Sequence record: NC_071039.1
Length of the DNA: 64,000 bases
Direction: 5' to 3' (one strand)
Part shown: piece by piece, positions 1 through 9,636 of the stretch
How the letters are laid out: every line of letters starts with the position of its first letter
Position numbering within the stretch: the stretch's first letter is position 1
Program-made: the position numbers and the translations under genes
The notes under the pieces: generated by a model
What the model was told of the DNA's origin: nothing
Seen by the model: only the letters and a program-made list of their open reading frames with translations
The model's database searches: none

Positions 1-3000
1 CATTGTTAATGCGTATTGTTTCAAAAATACGACTACCAGGAGAATCTAAATTCTGTGTTACAATATTTATTCCGTCATTTTCTATGCGTTCTATAAAAAT
101 AGTTGTCCCATCAACACTATTGTTACTATTATAATTATCAGAATATATTGCTTCTAATACTTTAGTCCTTAGTAATGATTTAAAAGATGATTCTGCTGCA
201 CTTGCAATTAAAACCAAGTCCCTTGCAACAACATCATTATAATTAAAATCTAAACTATTAGGATTCTGTTGGCGAAGATCTAGCCAAGATGCTTGCCATA
301 ATCTATTATATTCATACCCGTCGTAATCTGTAGTTTTTTCGTGAAAAACTAAATCAGTGGGTGAAACAAATTGTTCGAAAATAAAAGTATTATCTGGTAT
401 ACCGTCTCTATCTCTGTCTGCAGGAACTACTACTATTTTTCTGGGATCACTATATCCGTCAGATTCTATAAATGTTTGGAAAGAATTCCAGACAATAGAA
501 TTACCTAATTGGCCTTGATTAGAATAAAATATTCGTATAATATCGTTAACTTGTTGTCCTACGTATTCTGCATCTAAAACGCCAGCAGATGCAGCTCCAG
601 TTGGCAATGCACCCGGTAATAATATGCCGTTTTGCCAATACTGAATTTCTTTAGGTAAAGTATCTCTGTATTTTAAAATTATTTTGTTGTCGGGATAAGT
701 TAAACTAACTATACCATTAACCAAACGCCATTGACCGTTTCCGATAAACTGCCAATTTTCTACTATAGTAGGACCTGTGTTAATTCCTAGTATTTCTATT
801 TCATCTCTTTGTGCAGAACCAGTGTTTATATCAAATTCGGTTTCGTCTGTATCGTAATAAAACTCTACAGTACCGTTTGTTTCAAATATAAACTTTGTTC
901 CTCTCGATAAAAATGTGTAATTATCTGTTTCAGTAGAATATGTTAAAACAAGCATCCAGTCTTTTCTAACTGCAGGTTGAGATAAAGATAAATCGAATTC
1001 GAAATTATCTAAATTTGTAGTAGGTACGCCTAATACAATAAACCACGAACCTTCTGGATCTACATCTATATCGTACTTTAATCCAAATTCATTTCTTCTA
1101 AATAGTTGATTTGCTATATCTGTAGTTTCTTCTGTATCAAACGTTGTTTTATATCTAGGATATACACTATCTACATACCAATTTGCTGGAATTTCTATAT
1201 CAAATACAAATAAACTTGCGTTTAATCTAGTTGCAATAAACTCATTATCTGTAGTTGCATCCCCTTGTGACACCGGGTTAGTAATACTTTTAACGGTTAC
1301 TTCTTTATATTCTGTACCGTTTGTAAATTTAATTTTAGATCCGACAGAAAGGAATCTAAATTCCCCTTCTGGTCTATTATTATAATTCGTAGGATATATA
1401 TAGTTGGTAGATCCTTTAACTAAATATCCTGTATTAGTTGCGTCAGACGACGGATACGTTACCCACTTTGCTTGAGTAGAAGTGTATCTAAATATATTAG
1501 GAACTCCAGGACGAACAATAGAGGTATTTATGGGGTTAGGAGTTGGGTTTTGTCTATATCTTATATACTCACTTAGGTAATTATTCCAATAAAAGTTGAT
1601 TAAATCTTGATTTCTAATAAATGTCTGTAAATTATTTCTAACTACTATATTTTCGCTAACTAATTTATCACCCATTGCCACTGTAGTAGAAGGTACAGTA
1701 CTCTGATTGTATATAGAACCATCTTCGCCAAAAATATTTAAATTTTGATGAAATCCAGTAGGATCGTTAATATCTATATATCTAGAATGTCCAGAATGTG
1801 TTCTATTGATAGCATGAACTTTTGCAATAGAACTACCCTGCGTTAACGGGAAAACATTATAGTCCTCATTGTTTACCATTCTGTCTTGGGTATAATATAC
1901 TTGCGGTGCTCTGGTTTTTATCTCATCGTTTGTTTCTGTAGGTGAAGAATTAGATATAGTTTGTTCTAAACTAAAAATTAATCGAAGATCATATTGTTGA
2001 GAATCTGCACCTATATACGGTATTACTAATTCCATTCCGGATGCTTCTTCCGGACGTAAAGTAAAAGTAGTGTTAGATGAAACTCTATACCATACTCGGA
2101 ATGTACCTGTAGGAATAGTACCGAAATTTCCATCAGAGAATTTAACAGAAATTTGATCATTAACTCTAGAAACTACTTCAAATATATTTCTTATACCTAA
2201 GTTAATACTATTATAAATTATATTTGTTCCGCCAGAAACGTTAGGTACCTTAGTCCATTTTTCTTCAACAGTTCCAATCTCGTTAATCTCTTGGACCCAC
2301 ACATCAGTTTCGTTTATATTTCTATCATTTATATCTATAATTCTATTTTGAACAGGGAAATCGAATGCAAAATCTTTAAATGCAAGAGTACCTTGTTTAA
2401 ATTGCAAAAAGAAACCTGTGTTTGCAGAATCTAACCCCTGACCATCGTTCCTGTATATAACATGAAACGCATCGTCTGGATCGGGTTGTCTTTCCGTAAA
2501 TGTTTCGTCAAAATCTGAGTTAACTACTTCAAACGGTAGGGCGACATTATTGACAACTATCGGTATAGGAAATGCAACGTTTACCCTTTTTACGTTGTTT
2601 AATTGATATAAGCTAGTAGGTATATTACCTACTGTTCCACTTTTAAATGGTCTACCAAATGGATTAGTAGAAGCGAATGCCGCATTTAATATAGTTATAA
2701 ACTTGTCATAACTATCTATATCGTTAGGATCATTCCAAAATACAGTTCTATTATTTAAATTCCTTTCTTGAGAATCTGTAACTGGTTCCGACGTTTGCAC
2801 ACCTATTAATTTAAATAACCCTTTAGCAGGTATATTTCGTTTAGGTTGATAGTTTATCATTCTAGCTAAACGTATAATGCTATCCCTACGCTCAGCAGTA
2901 TCCATAAAGTTTTCTCTAGAATTTAAATCCATTCTGAATGCAAGACTAGTTCCTAGATATGCAAGCAATTCAATAATAGCAATAAATTCAGAGCTTTCTA

Positions 3001-3166
3001 TGTAATCATTAAAATCTTCAGGATAATGAATTTGAACATAATTAACTAACGCAGTCTTTAAGGAATCAAAATCATATGCTTTGAAATCGACGTCCTTGAA
3101 ACTTTTATATATTTTTCTATAATCTTCCGCTGCGAACAGATTAGATTGTCTTACGTCTTGTGACAT
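1..3166 (-). CDS. gp6: Baseplate wedge subunit, T4 gp6-like (>1055 aa, runs off window start; not in ORF track)
   Basis: Manual translation from ATG at 3166: MSQDVRQSNLFAAEDYRKIYKSFKDVDFKAYDFDSLKTALVNYVQIHYPEDFNDYIESSEFIAIIELLAYLGTSLAFRMDLNSRENFMDTAERRDSIIRLARMINYQPKR, the typical gp6 N-terminus; directly downstream of gp25. Confidence 0.9.
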   Translation of the reverse strand, partial: MSQDVRQSNLFAAEDYRKIYKSFKDVDFKAYDFDSLKTALVNYVQIHYPEDFNDYIESSEFIAIIELLAYLGTSLAFRMDLNSRENFMDTAERRDSIIRLARMINYQPKRNIPAKGLFKLIGVQTSEPVTDSQERNLNNRTVFWNDPNDIDSYDKFITILNAAFASTNPFGRPFKSGTVGNIPTSLYQLNNVKRVNVAFPIPIVVNNVALPFEVVNSDFDETFTERQPDPDDAFHVIYRNDGQGLDSANTGFFLQFKQGTLAFKDFAFDFPVQNRIIDINDRNINETDVWVQEINEIGTVEEKWTKVPNVSGGTNIIYNSINLGIRNIFEVVSRVNDQISVKFSDGNFGTIPTGTFRVWYRVSSNTTFTLRPEEASGMELVIPYIGADSQQYDLRLIFSLEQTISNSSPTETNDEIKTRAPQVYYTQDRMVNNEDYNVFPLTQGSSIAKVHAINRTHSGHSRYIDINDPTGFHQNLNIFGEDGSIYNQSTVPSTTVAMGDKLVSENIVVRNNLQTFIRNQDLINFYWNNYLSEYIRYRQNPTPNPINTSIVRPGVPNIFRYTSTQAKWVTYPSSDATNTGYLVKGSTNYIYPTNYNNRPEGEFRFLSVGSKIKFTNGTEYKEVTVKSITNPVSQGDATTDNEFIATRLNASLFVFDIEIPANWYVDSVYPRYKTTFDTEETTDIANQLFRRNEFGLKYDIDVDPEGSWFIVLGVPTTNLDNFEFDLSLSQPAVRKDWMLVLTYSTETDNYTFLSRGTKFIFETNGTVEFYYDTDETEFDINTGSAQRDEIEILGINTGPTIVENWQFIGNGQWRLVNGIVSLTYPDNKIILKYRDTLPKEIQYWQNGILLPGALPTGAASAGVLDAEYVGQQVNDIIRIFYSNQGQLGNSIVWNSFQTFIESDGYSDPRKIVVVPADRDRDGIPDNTFIFEQFVSPTDLVFHEKTTDYDGYEYNRLWQASWLDLRQQNPNSLDFNYNDVVARDLVLIASAAESSFKSLLRTKVLEAIYSDNYNSNNSVDGTTIFIERIENDGINIVTQNLDSPGSRIFETIRINN

Positions 3167-3180
3167 GAATTAATTCCTAC

Positions 3181-3573
3181 TTATAATCTATCTATGTTAG
3201 AACTATTTTCTTGAGTAAAAATAGCAATAAGCCTTTCTGGGGTTTGGTATGGCAAAAATGTAAGTAATACTTCTATTCTTATTCCGTTGTGAAGTTGTAT
3301 TACTTTTATATCGTCATCGCTATTTAATTGAACTCTCGGGTCAGAACCAATTACGTCCTTGACATCATCTACAACTATTCCTACTGTATATTCGTCTAGG
3401 GGATCCATTACATAGTCGTGTATGATACTTCCAAATTCGGGTAACATAACTCGTTCGCCCTTTCTTGTATAGAAATGATTCATTAAATCTACTTTAACTA
3501 AATCTATGTCATTTACTTGATACGGTGGCCTAACTTTACCTACCGTAGAAAATCCAATAAACACTTTTGCCAC
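3181..3573 (-). CDS. gp25: Baseplate wedge subunit gp25-like
   Basis: DLMNHFYTRKGERVMLPEFGSII...DPRV motif of the GPW/gp25 family; next to gp6. Confidence 0.9.
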   Translation of the reverse strand: MAKVFIGFSTVGKVRPPYQVNDIDLVKVDLMNHFYTRKGERVMLPEFGSIIHDYVMDPLDEYTVGIVVDDVKDVIGSDPRVQLNSDDDIKVIQLHNGIRIEVLLTFLPYQTPERLIAIFTQENSSNIDRL

Positions 3574-3596
3574 TTTATTATTCCTGTTTATTTCAA

Positions 3597-3604
3597 TATT
3601 TATC
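3597..3604 (-). promoter_or_regulatory. Late promoter motif GATAAATA for gp25-gp6
   Basis: TATTTATC on + strand 24 nt upstream of gp25 start; same motif recurs before other structural genes. Confidence 0.65.
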
Positions 3605-3628
3605 TGGATATTTTTCTACATACTTAAC

Positions 3629-3657
3629 TTGACGGATAACAGTAAAATTAGTATACT
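3629..3657 (+). promoter_or_regulatory. sigma70-type early promoter
   Basis: TTGACG-17 nt-TATACT upstream of ORF 3710. Confidence 0.75.
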
Positions 3658-3709
3658 GTGTACATGTTAAGTAATTCCGCTTAACAGTAACCAAGCTAAG
3701 AAAAAGAAA

Positions 3710-3952
3710 ATGGCAAAAGAAAAAGTAACTTTCCCTATCTATAAATTCAACCGCATTGCAGAAATGGCTGACAAATATAATTCTAAAACTAAGACACAAC
3801 GGTTTCAAGTTATGTCTAAGTTTAAAGGAACTCAGCTCATAGAAGTTGGACTGTACGATACTAAAGATAAGAAATATGTACTAGTAGATACACGCCATTA
3901 TACAATGGATGATTGTATAAAAGAAATGGAATCTATGATTTCAGGAAAGTAA
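3710..3952 (+). CDS. Hypothetical protein (80 aa)
   Basis: ORF with own promoter and downstream terminator. Confidence 0.7.
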   Translation: MAKEKVTFPIYKFNRIAEMADKYNSKTKTQRFQVMSKFKGTQLIEVGLYDTKDKKYVLVDTRHYTMDDCIKEMESMISGK

Positions 3953-3966
3953 CTTAAACAGAAGGG

Positions 3967-3996
3967 AGGGGGTTAAGTAACTAACCCCCTATTTTT
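3967..3996 (+). terminator. Intrinsic terminator
   Basis: AGGGGGTTA-loop-TAACCCCCT followed by ATTTTT. Confidence 0.7.
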
Positions 3997-4281
3997 ATGC
4001 CCGGAAAATTAAAGTATCATAATAGCTATGACTTTATATACGGCGTCTATGTTATCGCAAAAGATTCCCACAAAGGACAATATGTATGCATAGCTTTATC
4101 CGAAGACTTAGACGAAGAATATATATTTAATGAAATCAATTTTTATAGTGTACGCTATATAAAAGATAATTTCTACGATGTATATTGCAAATTCGATTTA
4201 TTTACTTTTGCTAGAATGTTGGCAACACATTTAGAATTATTGTACGACAGAAGATACAATTATTTTAATGACGATTTATAA
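3997..4281 (+). CDS. Hypothetical protein (94 aa)
   Basis: ORF filling the gap up to the bidirectional terminator at 4280. Confidence 0.55.
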   Translation: MPGKLKYHNSYDFIYGVYVIAKDSHKGQYVCIALSEDLDEEYIFNEINFYSVRYIKDNFYDVYCKFDLFTFARMLATHLELLYDRRYNYFNDDL

Positions 4282-4300
4282 AGGAGCATTATGCTCCTTT
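4280..4300. terminator. Bidirectional terminator
   Basis: AAAGGAGCA-TTA-TGCTCCTTT between convergent genes; gp5 stop codon forms the loop. Confidence 0.7.
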
Positions 4301-5722
4301 ATTTTTGTGCTCAGGGCACGGTTCGAATGTATTAAATCTAGATACTATAGTAGTTACTCCTGGCTGAGACATTCTATTATATCTATTTGCATCACTAAAC
4401 TCAGGCAATATATTAGTTTTGCCATTAGTAGTAGGTGTACTTGCTTCAGTAGGAGAATCGGGTGCAGGCGGCTGCGGACCGTTCATATGTATATTAGCAC
4501 CTAACTCGATAATATCCCCGCCTGCACTTAACCCATATGTTCCGTTAGTAGCAGTTGCTATCTGTCCTGCAGCTTGTAAATTATAATTAGAACCTGCTTT
4601 TAAAGATATATCAACTCCGGCAGTGTTATGCAAACTGCCTCCTAATTGATTTAGTAATGTATCTTTTTGTGATTGAATATTTAAATTATTATTAGCTTGT
4701 ATAAATATATCTCCGCCTTGACCTGTTAGTTCCGGTGCTATGCCTCCGGTAGAAACAGTAGTATAGTCTTTAGATGCTTTAATGTTTATATTTCTTCCTG
4801 CCTCTATATTAATATCTCTATCTGCTCGTATATTAAAATCTTCCATAAAACGTAAAGATCCGGATTTTGCACCAAATACATCTACGTTGCCCGAGTTATC
4901 TAATTCTATCCAAGCAGTGCCCAATTTATTAATTATATAAATTATTCCATTAGTTTCATCTAATCTTATTTGAGCACCAGATCTAGTTCTTAATGTGATA
5001 TGTTCGGATGTGGGTGCATCATCCATAACGAACTGATGACCGCCATGCCTTCTTGCATTTGCACCGTCTATTACTGGACCTGGGGTAAGAATACCGAATA
5101 CCTGACTAGGTGCTTCCCTGCGTGCAGATGATGAAGATACACCCCGTATATTATCGTTAATAAGCCCTTGCGTTTTTAATCCTTGGGCAAGACTAGCAAC
5201 AGGTTTATTAATAGTTTGTGCATTTACTTTTTCTAGTGTGTTTTTATTATATTCGCCTACAGGTAGAGATTTGCCTGCTGTCTCATAATTATTAACACTG
5301 CCAGCAACTGCAGGAATCATATGATTCATCTGTTGTTGCCATATGCATCCAAACCAAAATCCCTTTGCAGGGTCGCCGTTAGCAAACATTACAGCTACCT
5401 GATTTTCAAGATCTGGCGGAACTGCCCACATACCGTAAGATGTTTGTGTTTCGTGGAATGCAGATACATCTTGTGAGCCGCCGATTGTCATAGGATTAGT
5501 TGCGCCAGCAAATGGCGAACAGTATCCAACTAACAACCAACCAGATTCATCGCTCGGATCAGTACCAAATTCCGGTACCCAAACCCTAAGTCTTCCCATT
5601 CTGTTGCTATCGACATTATCTTTGACAAACCCAATATACATTCCGTAATATTTTTGTGCTCTGCCTGTCGGTGTTTTGCTAGCAGACGGATTTACACCTA
5701 CTGTTCTAGAATATGTACTCAT
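4289..5722 (-). CDS. gp5: Baseplate central spike, gp5/VgrG-like (OB-fold plus beta-helix, no lysozyme domain)
   Basis: YIGFVKDNVDSNRMGRLRVWVPEF and PPDLENQVAVMFANGD OB-fold motifs; GHQFVMDD..HITLRTRSGAQIRLDE; repetitive beta-strand C-terminus. Confidence 0.85.
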   Translation of the reverse strand: MSTYSRTVGVNPSASKTPTGRAQKYYGMYIGFVKDNVDSNRMGRLRVWVPEFGTDPSDESGWLLVGYCSPFAGATNPMTIGGSQDVSAFHETQTSYGMWAVPPDLENQVAVMFANGDPAKGFWFGCIWQQQMNHMIPAVAGSVNNYETAGKSLPVGEYNKNTLEKVNAQTINKPVASLAQGLKTQGLINDNIRGVSSSSARREAPSQVFGILTPGPVIDGANARRHGGHQFVMDDAPTSEHITLRTRSGAQIRLDETNGIIYIINKLGTAWIELDNSGNVDVFGAKSGSLRFMEDFNIRADRDINIEAGRNINIKASKDYTTVSTGGIAPELTGQGGDIFIQANNNLNIQSQKDTLLNQLGGSLHNTAGVDISLKAGSNYNLQAAGQIATATNGTYGLSAGGDIIELGANIHMNGPQPPAPDSPTEASTPTTNGKTNILPEFSDANRYNRMSQPGVTTIVSRFNTFEPCPEHKNKGA

Positions 5723-7746
5723 TATTGATTAAACCTTTGGATGTCTATGTCTGTTATATCAGTTAATTTATCTCTTACTGCTTGCAATTCTTGGCGGAAT
5801 ATGCCTTTGGAAAAAACATGCTTCACTACTATAACTTGATATATGCCATTTATAATAGTATTTTGTTTCATGGAAGATGTTACTGTTCCTTCTATATAAT
5901 TTAAATTAGGAGTCTGACTAGTAAACAAAAAGAATACCTGAGACGAAGTAGGATTAACATAAGATGTATTTGTACTGTTTATCCTATCCTCTACTGTACT
6001 TATTTTATTAGTTGTGGGCGGACCTAGCCAATAAGGATCTCCTTTTATAGATAAATCTATTTTAAGCAATTCGGCATTATCATCATACATTATTTGAGAA
6101 AATAATGAAGATAAAAAAGATTTACCTGCATGATAGTTGTCTTCTACACCTATATCATCATTTGAAGTATCTGGGGTTTCTATAGTTGTAATAGGAAGTT
6201 TACTTAATGAATCTGCAGTAGCATCTTCTATAAATTGTATGGCATTTTGCCTTACTTCAGTTTCTTGATCTGTGTCGGGATCTGCATTTGTATTTTCTCT
6301 AATCCTTGCTTGCCTTCCTTTTGACACTAGAGACGATTGTTCTGTATTTGTATCTACAGTAGATACATTTCTAGGATCCTGGCGATCTGTACCAGGAGTA
6401 ACTGTTGAATTAAATTTGCTTTTCACAGATGCACTTGTTGACATCTTCTGTTTTAATAATAACTGATCAGGAGACATTCTTCTACCTGGATCAACAGATG
6501 TATACGTATCTACTGTTCCTGTTTGTCTAGGTAGCGTAGCATACCACATGAAATTAAATTTCAAATTAAAATCTAATATTTGATCATTTAATCCAGTAAA
6601 TAGATAATTATAATGCTTTCTTAGAACACTTCTACCTAAATATTCATTAAATCTGTTTTCTGAAGACTCGGGTGTAACTCTAGATTCATCCTTCGATGCA
6701 ACTATTGTCATTGTATCGTACGGTACGATAACATACCTAAAATTCCTAGCATAATCCCCTCTTCCTGGGTCATATTCTAGCGTGTCTACTTGAGACAAAA
6801 CCCTATATAATTTTTTAACCATAGACCTATTCGGATCTGGATTAAATTGGGGGTGAGCCGGGACATCTGAACCCGCAATTTCCTTTTCAATAACTTCTGT
6901 AGAATTTATTATAGTTTCAATTATATACTGAATACTAGTATTATCATAAAATTGAACAGTAGTTACTGAGTTATCATCCACTACATAGTCAGATAGTCTG
7001 TCAATTGTTTGGTCGGAATTAGATATTTTTAACGGAGCATTTATTAATCTCTCATCCGAAATTATTATTTCGTACTTATCTGGCTTCAATTGTTTATTAG
7101 ATGCTCGCTGTGGCTGTCTATCATTGAGTGATTGTTTTAATTTTTCTAACATTTCGCCTACAGTTTTGCCAGAAAGAGATATACCTTGTTGCATATCGCC
7201 GTATTGGTTTGTATATCCTAGTTCACTGTATACTGCTCCTACAAAATCATAAGTTGTACCCGATCCTGTAACAACCATATCCATTTTAGTTATAGTAATA
7301 GGAAATACCCATTTTGCCTTCATAACAGACGGCAACGAAGAAGTTGTTGTTCTACCTTTAAAAGTCAATTCCATAAAATATGGTGCTTTTAAGTAATTAT
7401 CTATACCTAAACTAACAGCAGATGCATATAACTGATCTAACATACTACTGCCATGGGGTTCTTGAATTTTAAAAGATAATGTTGTAGACTCACCCGTGCC
7501 AGTTTCTACTGTCATTCCGGGAACAGTTGTTAATATGAAGTCATCTATACCTAATCCAGTAACACCCGATTCTGCAATTGTTATTTGCCTGGACCTGTCT
7601 AATACATTATTGTTTACTATATCTTCTATAGAGCACATATATAGTCGCAAATGATAAGTAGTGCTAGTTATAGAATCTAATGGATTAGGTAAAAACGGAT
7701 ACATATTTGTATCCGTATTAGTAGGAGTAGGTTTGTTTAATGACAT
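5722..7746 (-). CDS. Putative baseplate hub protein (gp27-like position)
   Basis: 674 aa, coupled to gp5; C-terminal IKGDPYWL and GIYQVIVVKHVFSKGIFRQELQAVR motifs typical of hub proteins. Confidence 0.6.
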   Translation of the reverse strand: MSLNKPTPTNTDTNMYPFLPNPLDSITSTTYHLRLYMCSIEDIVNNNVLDRSRQITIAESGVTGLGIDDFILTTVPGMTVETGTGESTTLSFKIQEPHGSSMLDQLYASAVSLGIDNYLKAPYFMELTFKGRTTTSSLPSVMKAKWVFPITITKMDMVVTGSGTTYDFVGAVYSELGYTNQYGDMQQGISLSGKTVGEMLEKLKQSLNDRQPQRASNKQLKPDKYEIIISDERLINAPLKISNSDQTIDRLSDYVVDDNSVTTVQFYDNTSIQYIIETIINSTEVIEKEIAGSDVPAHPQFNPDPNRSMVKKLYRVLSQVDTLEYDPGRGDYARNFRYVIVPYDTMTIVASKDESRVTPESSENRFNEYLGRSVLRKHYNYLFTGLNDQILDFNLKFNFMWYATLPRQTGTVDTYTSVDPGRRMSPDQLLLKQKMSTSASVKSKFNSTVTPGTDRQDPRNVSTVDTNTEQSSLVSKGRQARIRENTNADPDTDQETEVRQNAIQFIEDATADSLSKLPITTIETPDTSNDDIGVEDNYHAGKSFLSSLFSQIMYDDNAELLKIDLSIKGDPYWLGPPTTNKISTVEDRINSTNTSYVNPTSSQVFFLFTSQTPNLNYIEGTVTSSMKQNTIINGIYQVIVVKHVFSKGIFRQELQAVRDKLTDITDIDIQRFNQ

Positions 7747-8045
7747 TAAATTATACCTTCTAACGATTCTATGGTAGGTGCATATATAGATTTTCCTGCA
7801 GTAAAATCGTATATAGGATCGATTAATTCATCCATATTTCTTACCGCAAATACCCACCAAAGTTCTTCTGTTCCGTATAAATCATACGAAAGCAAATCGG
7901 GTCTTTGATCATATTTAGGTGCAATAACAATTAATTCATCAGTTATATTAGGTAATATTTTCCTAGGAACCCATAAATCTAAATAAAAATCTTTTATAGG
8001 TGTATCATAATATCGACTTTTCGTAGAAGAAATGTTATTTGCCAT
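7746..8045 (-). CDS. Baseplate wedge gp53-like / LysM-fold protein
   Basis: YDQRPDLLSYDLYGTEELWWVFAVRN motif. Confidence 0.75.
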   Translation of the reverse strand: MANNISSTKSRYYDTPIKDFYLDLWVPRKILPNITDELIVIAPKYDQRPDLLSYDLYGTEELWWVFAVRNMDELIDPIYDFTAGKSIYAPTIESLEGII

Positions 8046-8680
8046 TATATAAATCCTTTATTATTCTTCAGTAACTCACCTGTCCTAAATTTACTTAGAT
8101 CAAATGTCTGCCTAACCTCTTGTGGATTATATTGAGGTTCTAACGTTATCGTCATAGTTAATTGAGTAGGAACATCTGTATTTTCACTTATGTTGTTAAA
8201 TCTTACAGGGACATAATCTACTTTGTTGTCTAAAATAATACTGAAATTTTTAACAACCACTGGTACATTTTTGAACATGTATGTTCCTAAGTAATTAAAT
8301 GATAAAATAGGCGGCGGCGTACCTGCTCTTACTAAATCTGTTTGTCCGAAGTAATTTTTTGTTACTGTTCGCATAAAATGCATTGCTGCTAATGTATATC
8401 TTGCCTCTACATCTGTTTGTGATGTAAATATTGCTTCTACTGATATAGGCTGAGGTGCAGATTTAACATATGCAAGGTATTTGTAGTTAGTATGAGTAAA
8501 ATGAAAGGATTCATCGTATTCTGCATCTGCTGCTAATGTAACTATCGGTCTGAACGGAAATATCAAACCGCCTGTCTTTTTTAGAGGTGCAAGAATGTTA
8601 ACAAGCTGGTCGTTACTTTCTCCAAATAAATCATTTGCAGCTAACGCATTCTTTGGTTTTAAAATTGCTCTACTATCCAC
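8045..8680 (-). CDS. Putative tail tube initiator / baseplate-tube junction protein
   Basis: HFMRTVTKNYFG...GTPPPILSFNYLGTYMFKNVPVVVKNF motif; first gene of baseplate operon. Confidence 0.6.
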   Translation of the reverse strand: MDSRAILKPKNALAANDLFGESNDQLVNILAPLKKTGGLIFPFRPIVTLAADAEYDESFHFTHTNYKYLAYVKSAPQPISVEAIFTSQTDVEARYTLAAMHFMRTVTKNYFGQTDLVRAGTPPPILSFNYLGTYMFKNVPVVVKNFSIILDNKVDYVPVRFNNISENTDVPTQLTMTITLEPQYNPQEVRQTFDLSKFRTGELLKNNKGFI

Positions 8681-8700
8681 GATATATAATCTCTTTTATA

Positions 8701-8708
8701 TATTTATC
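8701..8708 (-). promoter_or_regulatory. Late promoter motif GATAAATA for baseplate operon
   Basis: TATTTATC 21 nt upstream of start at 8680. Confidence 0.65.
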
Positions 8709-8729
8709 AGTAGGTTTATATGCTAATAT

Positions 8730-8758
8730 TTGACTTTGAAAATATTTTGTTGTAAAAT
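8730..8758 (+). promoter_or_regulatory. sigma70-type promoter for gp55-gp47-gp46
   Basis: TTGACT-17 nt-TAAAAT. Confidence 0.75.
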
Positions 8759-8782
8759 AATAATAAAAAGCATGGATGCACA

Positions 8783-9625
8783 ATGAATACAAAAATTGTA
8801 GTTAATTATATTAATAATAAAGAAATGTTAAAGGAAATACATCGTAGTAAAAATTCATTCTGCGAATATATTTCCCCAGAGTATAAAGATTACGATATTA
8901 TCTTTACTTCAAAAGAAGACTGTCTGAAACAAGAAAATATAAACGCAGCAATACTTAAACGAGCAGAGCGTTTAACTCAAGTACAGATAGATGAATATGC
9001 ATTAAGAACAAATACTAGTTCTAAAAAAGCAAAAGCATCTATAACCCAAGTAGATCCTGCAACAATAAATAAACATGATGTTGTTTTTCGTGTTATCACA
9101 TACGAACATATTCCAGAAGATCATGATAGGAAAAAGACAAAAAAATCAATTAAAGACTATCATGTTAAGTTAAATTTTACTCCTTTTAAGCATTTTATTA
9201 TAGACGAAAATAATAACTTAGTAGAAGTAGGCAGAAGCCACAGCAAAAAAGGAGAGTTTTGCTTAACTGGAGGATCTATATCAGATAGATTAGCAAAAAT
9301 GTTTATGTTGTTAATTGACAAATTCGGTCAAAAAAGCAACTGGCGTGGATATTCATATCTAGATGAAATGAAGGGACAAGCTTTACTTCAGTTAGCGTCT
9401 ATGGGGTTGCAATTCGACGAACATTTAAGTGATAATCCCTTTGCATATTACACTTCGTCTATAAACAATTCTTTTACTAGGGTATTCAACATAGAAAAAC
9501 GTAATCAAATAATCAGGGATGATTTATTACAAAATATGGGACAAAATCCTAGCCTTACTAGACAATTAGAACACGATGAGCAAATTCGGTTGCTCAGAGA
9601 ATTAAATGATTCTAAAGATGATTAA
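8783..9625 (+). CDS. gp55: Late-transcription sigma factor, T4 gp55-like
   Basis: N-terminal YINNKEML; SNWRGYSYLDEM...FDEHLSDNPFAYYTSSINNSF matches gp55 pattern; adjacent to gp47/gp46 as in T4-like phages. Confidence 0.8.
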   Translation: MNTKIVVNYINNKEMLKEIHRSKNSFCEYISPEYKDYDIIFTSKEDCLKQENINAAILKRAERLTQVQIDEYALRTNTSSKKAKASITQVDPATINKHDVVFRVITYEHIPEDHDRKKTKKSIKDYHVKLNFTPFKHFIIDENNNLVEVGRSHSKKGEFCLTGGSISDRLAKMFMLLIDKFGQKSNWRGYSYLDEMKGQALLQLASMGLQFDEHLSDNPFAYYTSSINNSFTRVFNIEKRNQIIRDDLLQNMGQNPSLTRQLEHDEQIRLLRELNDSKDD

Positions 9626-9636
9626 AAGGATTTAAA

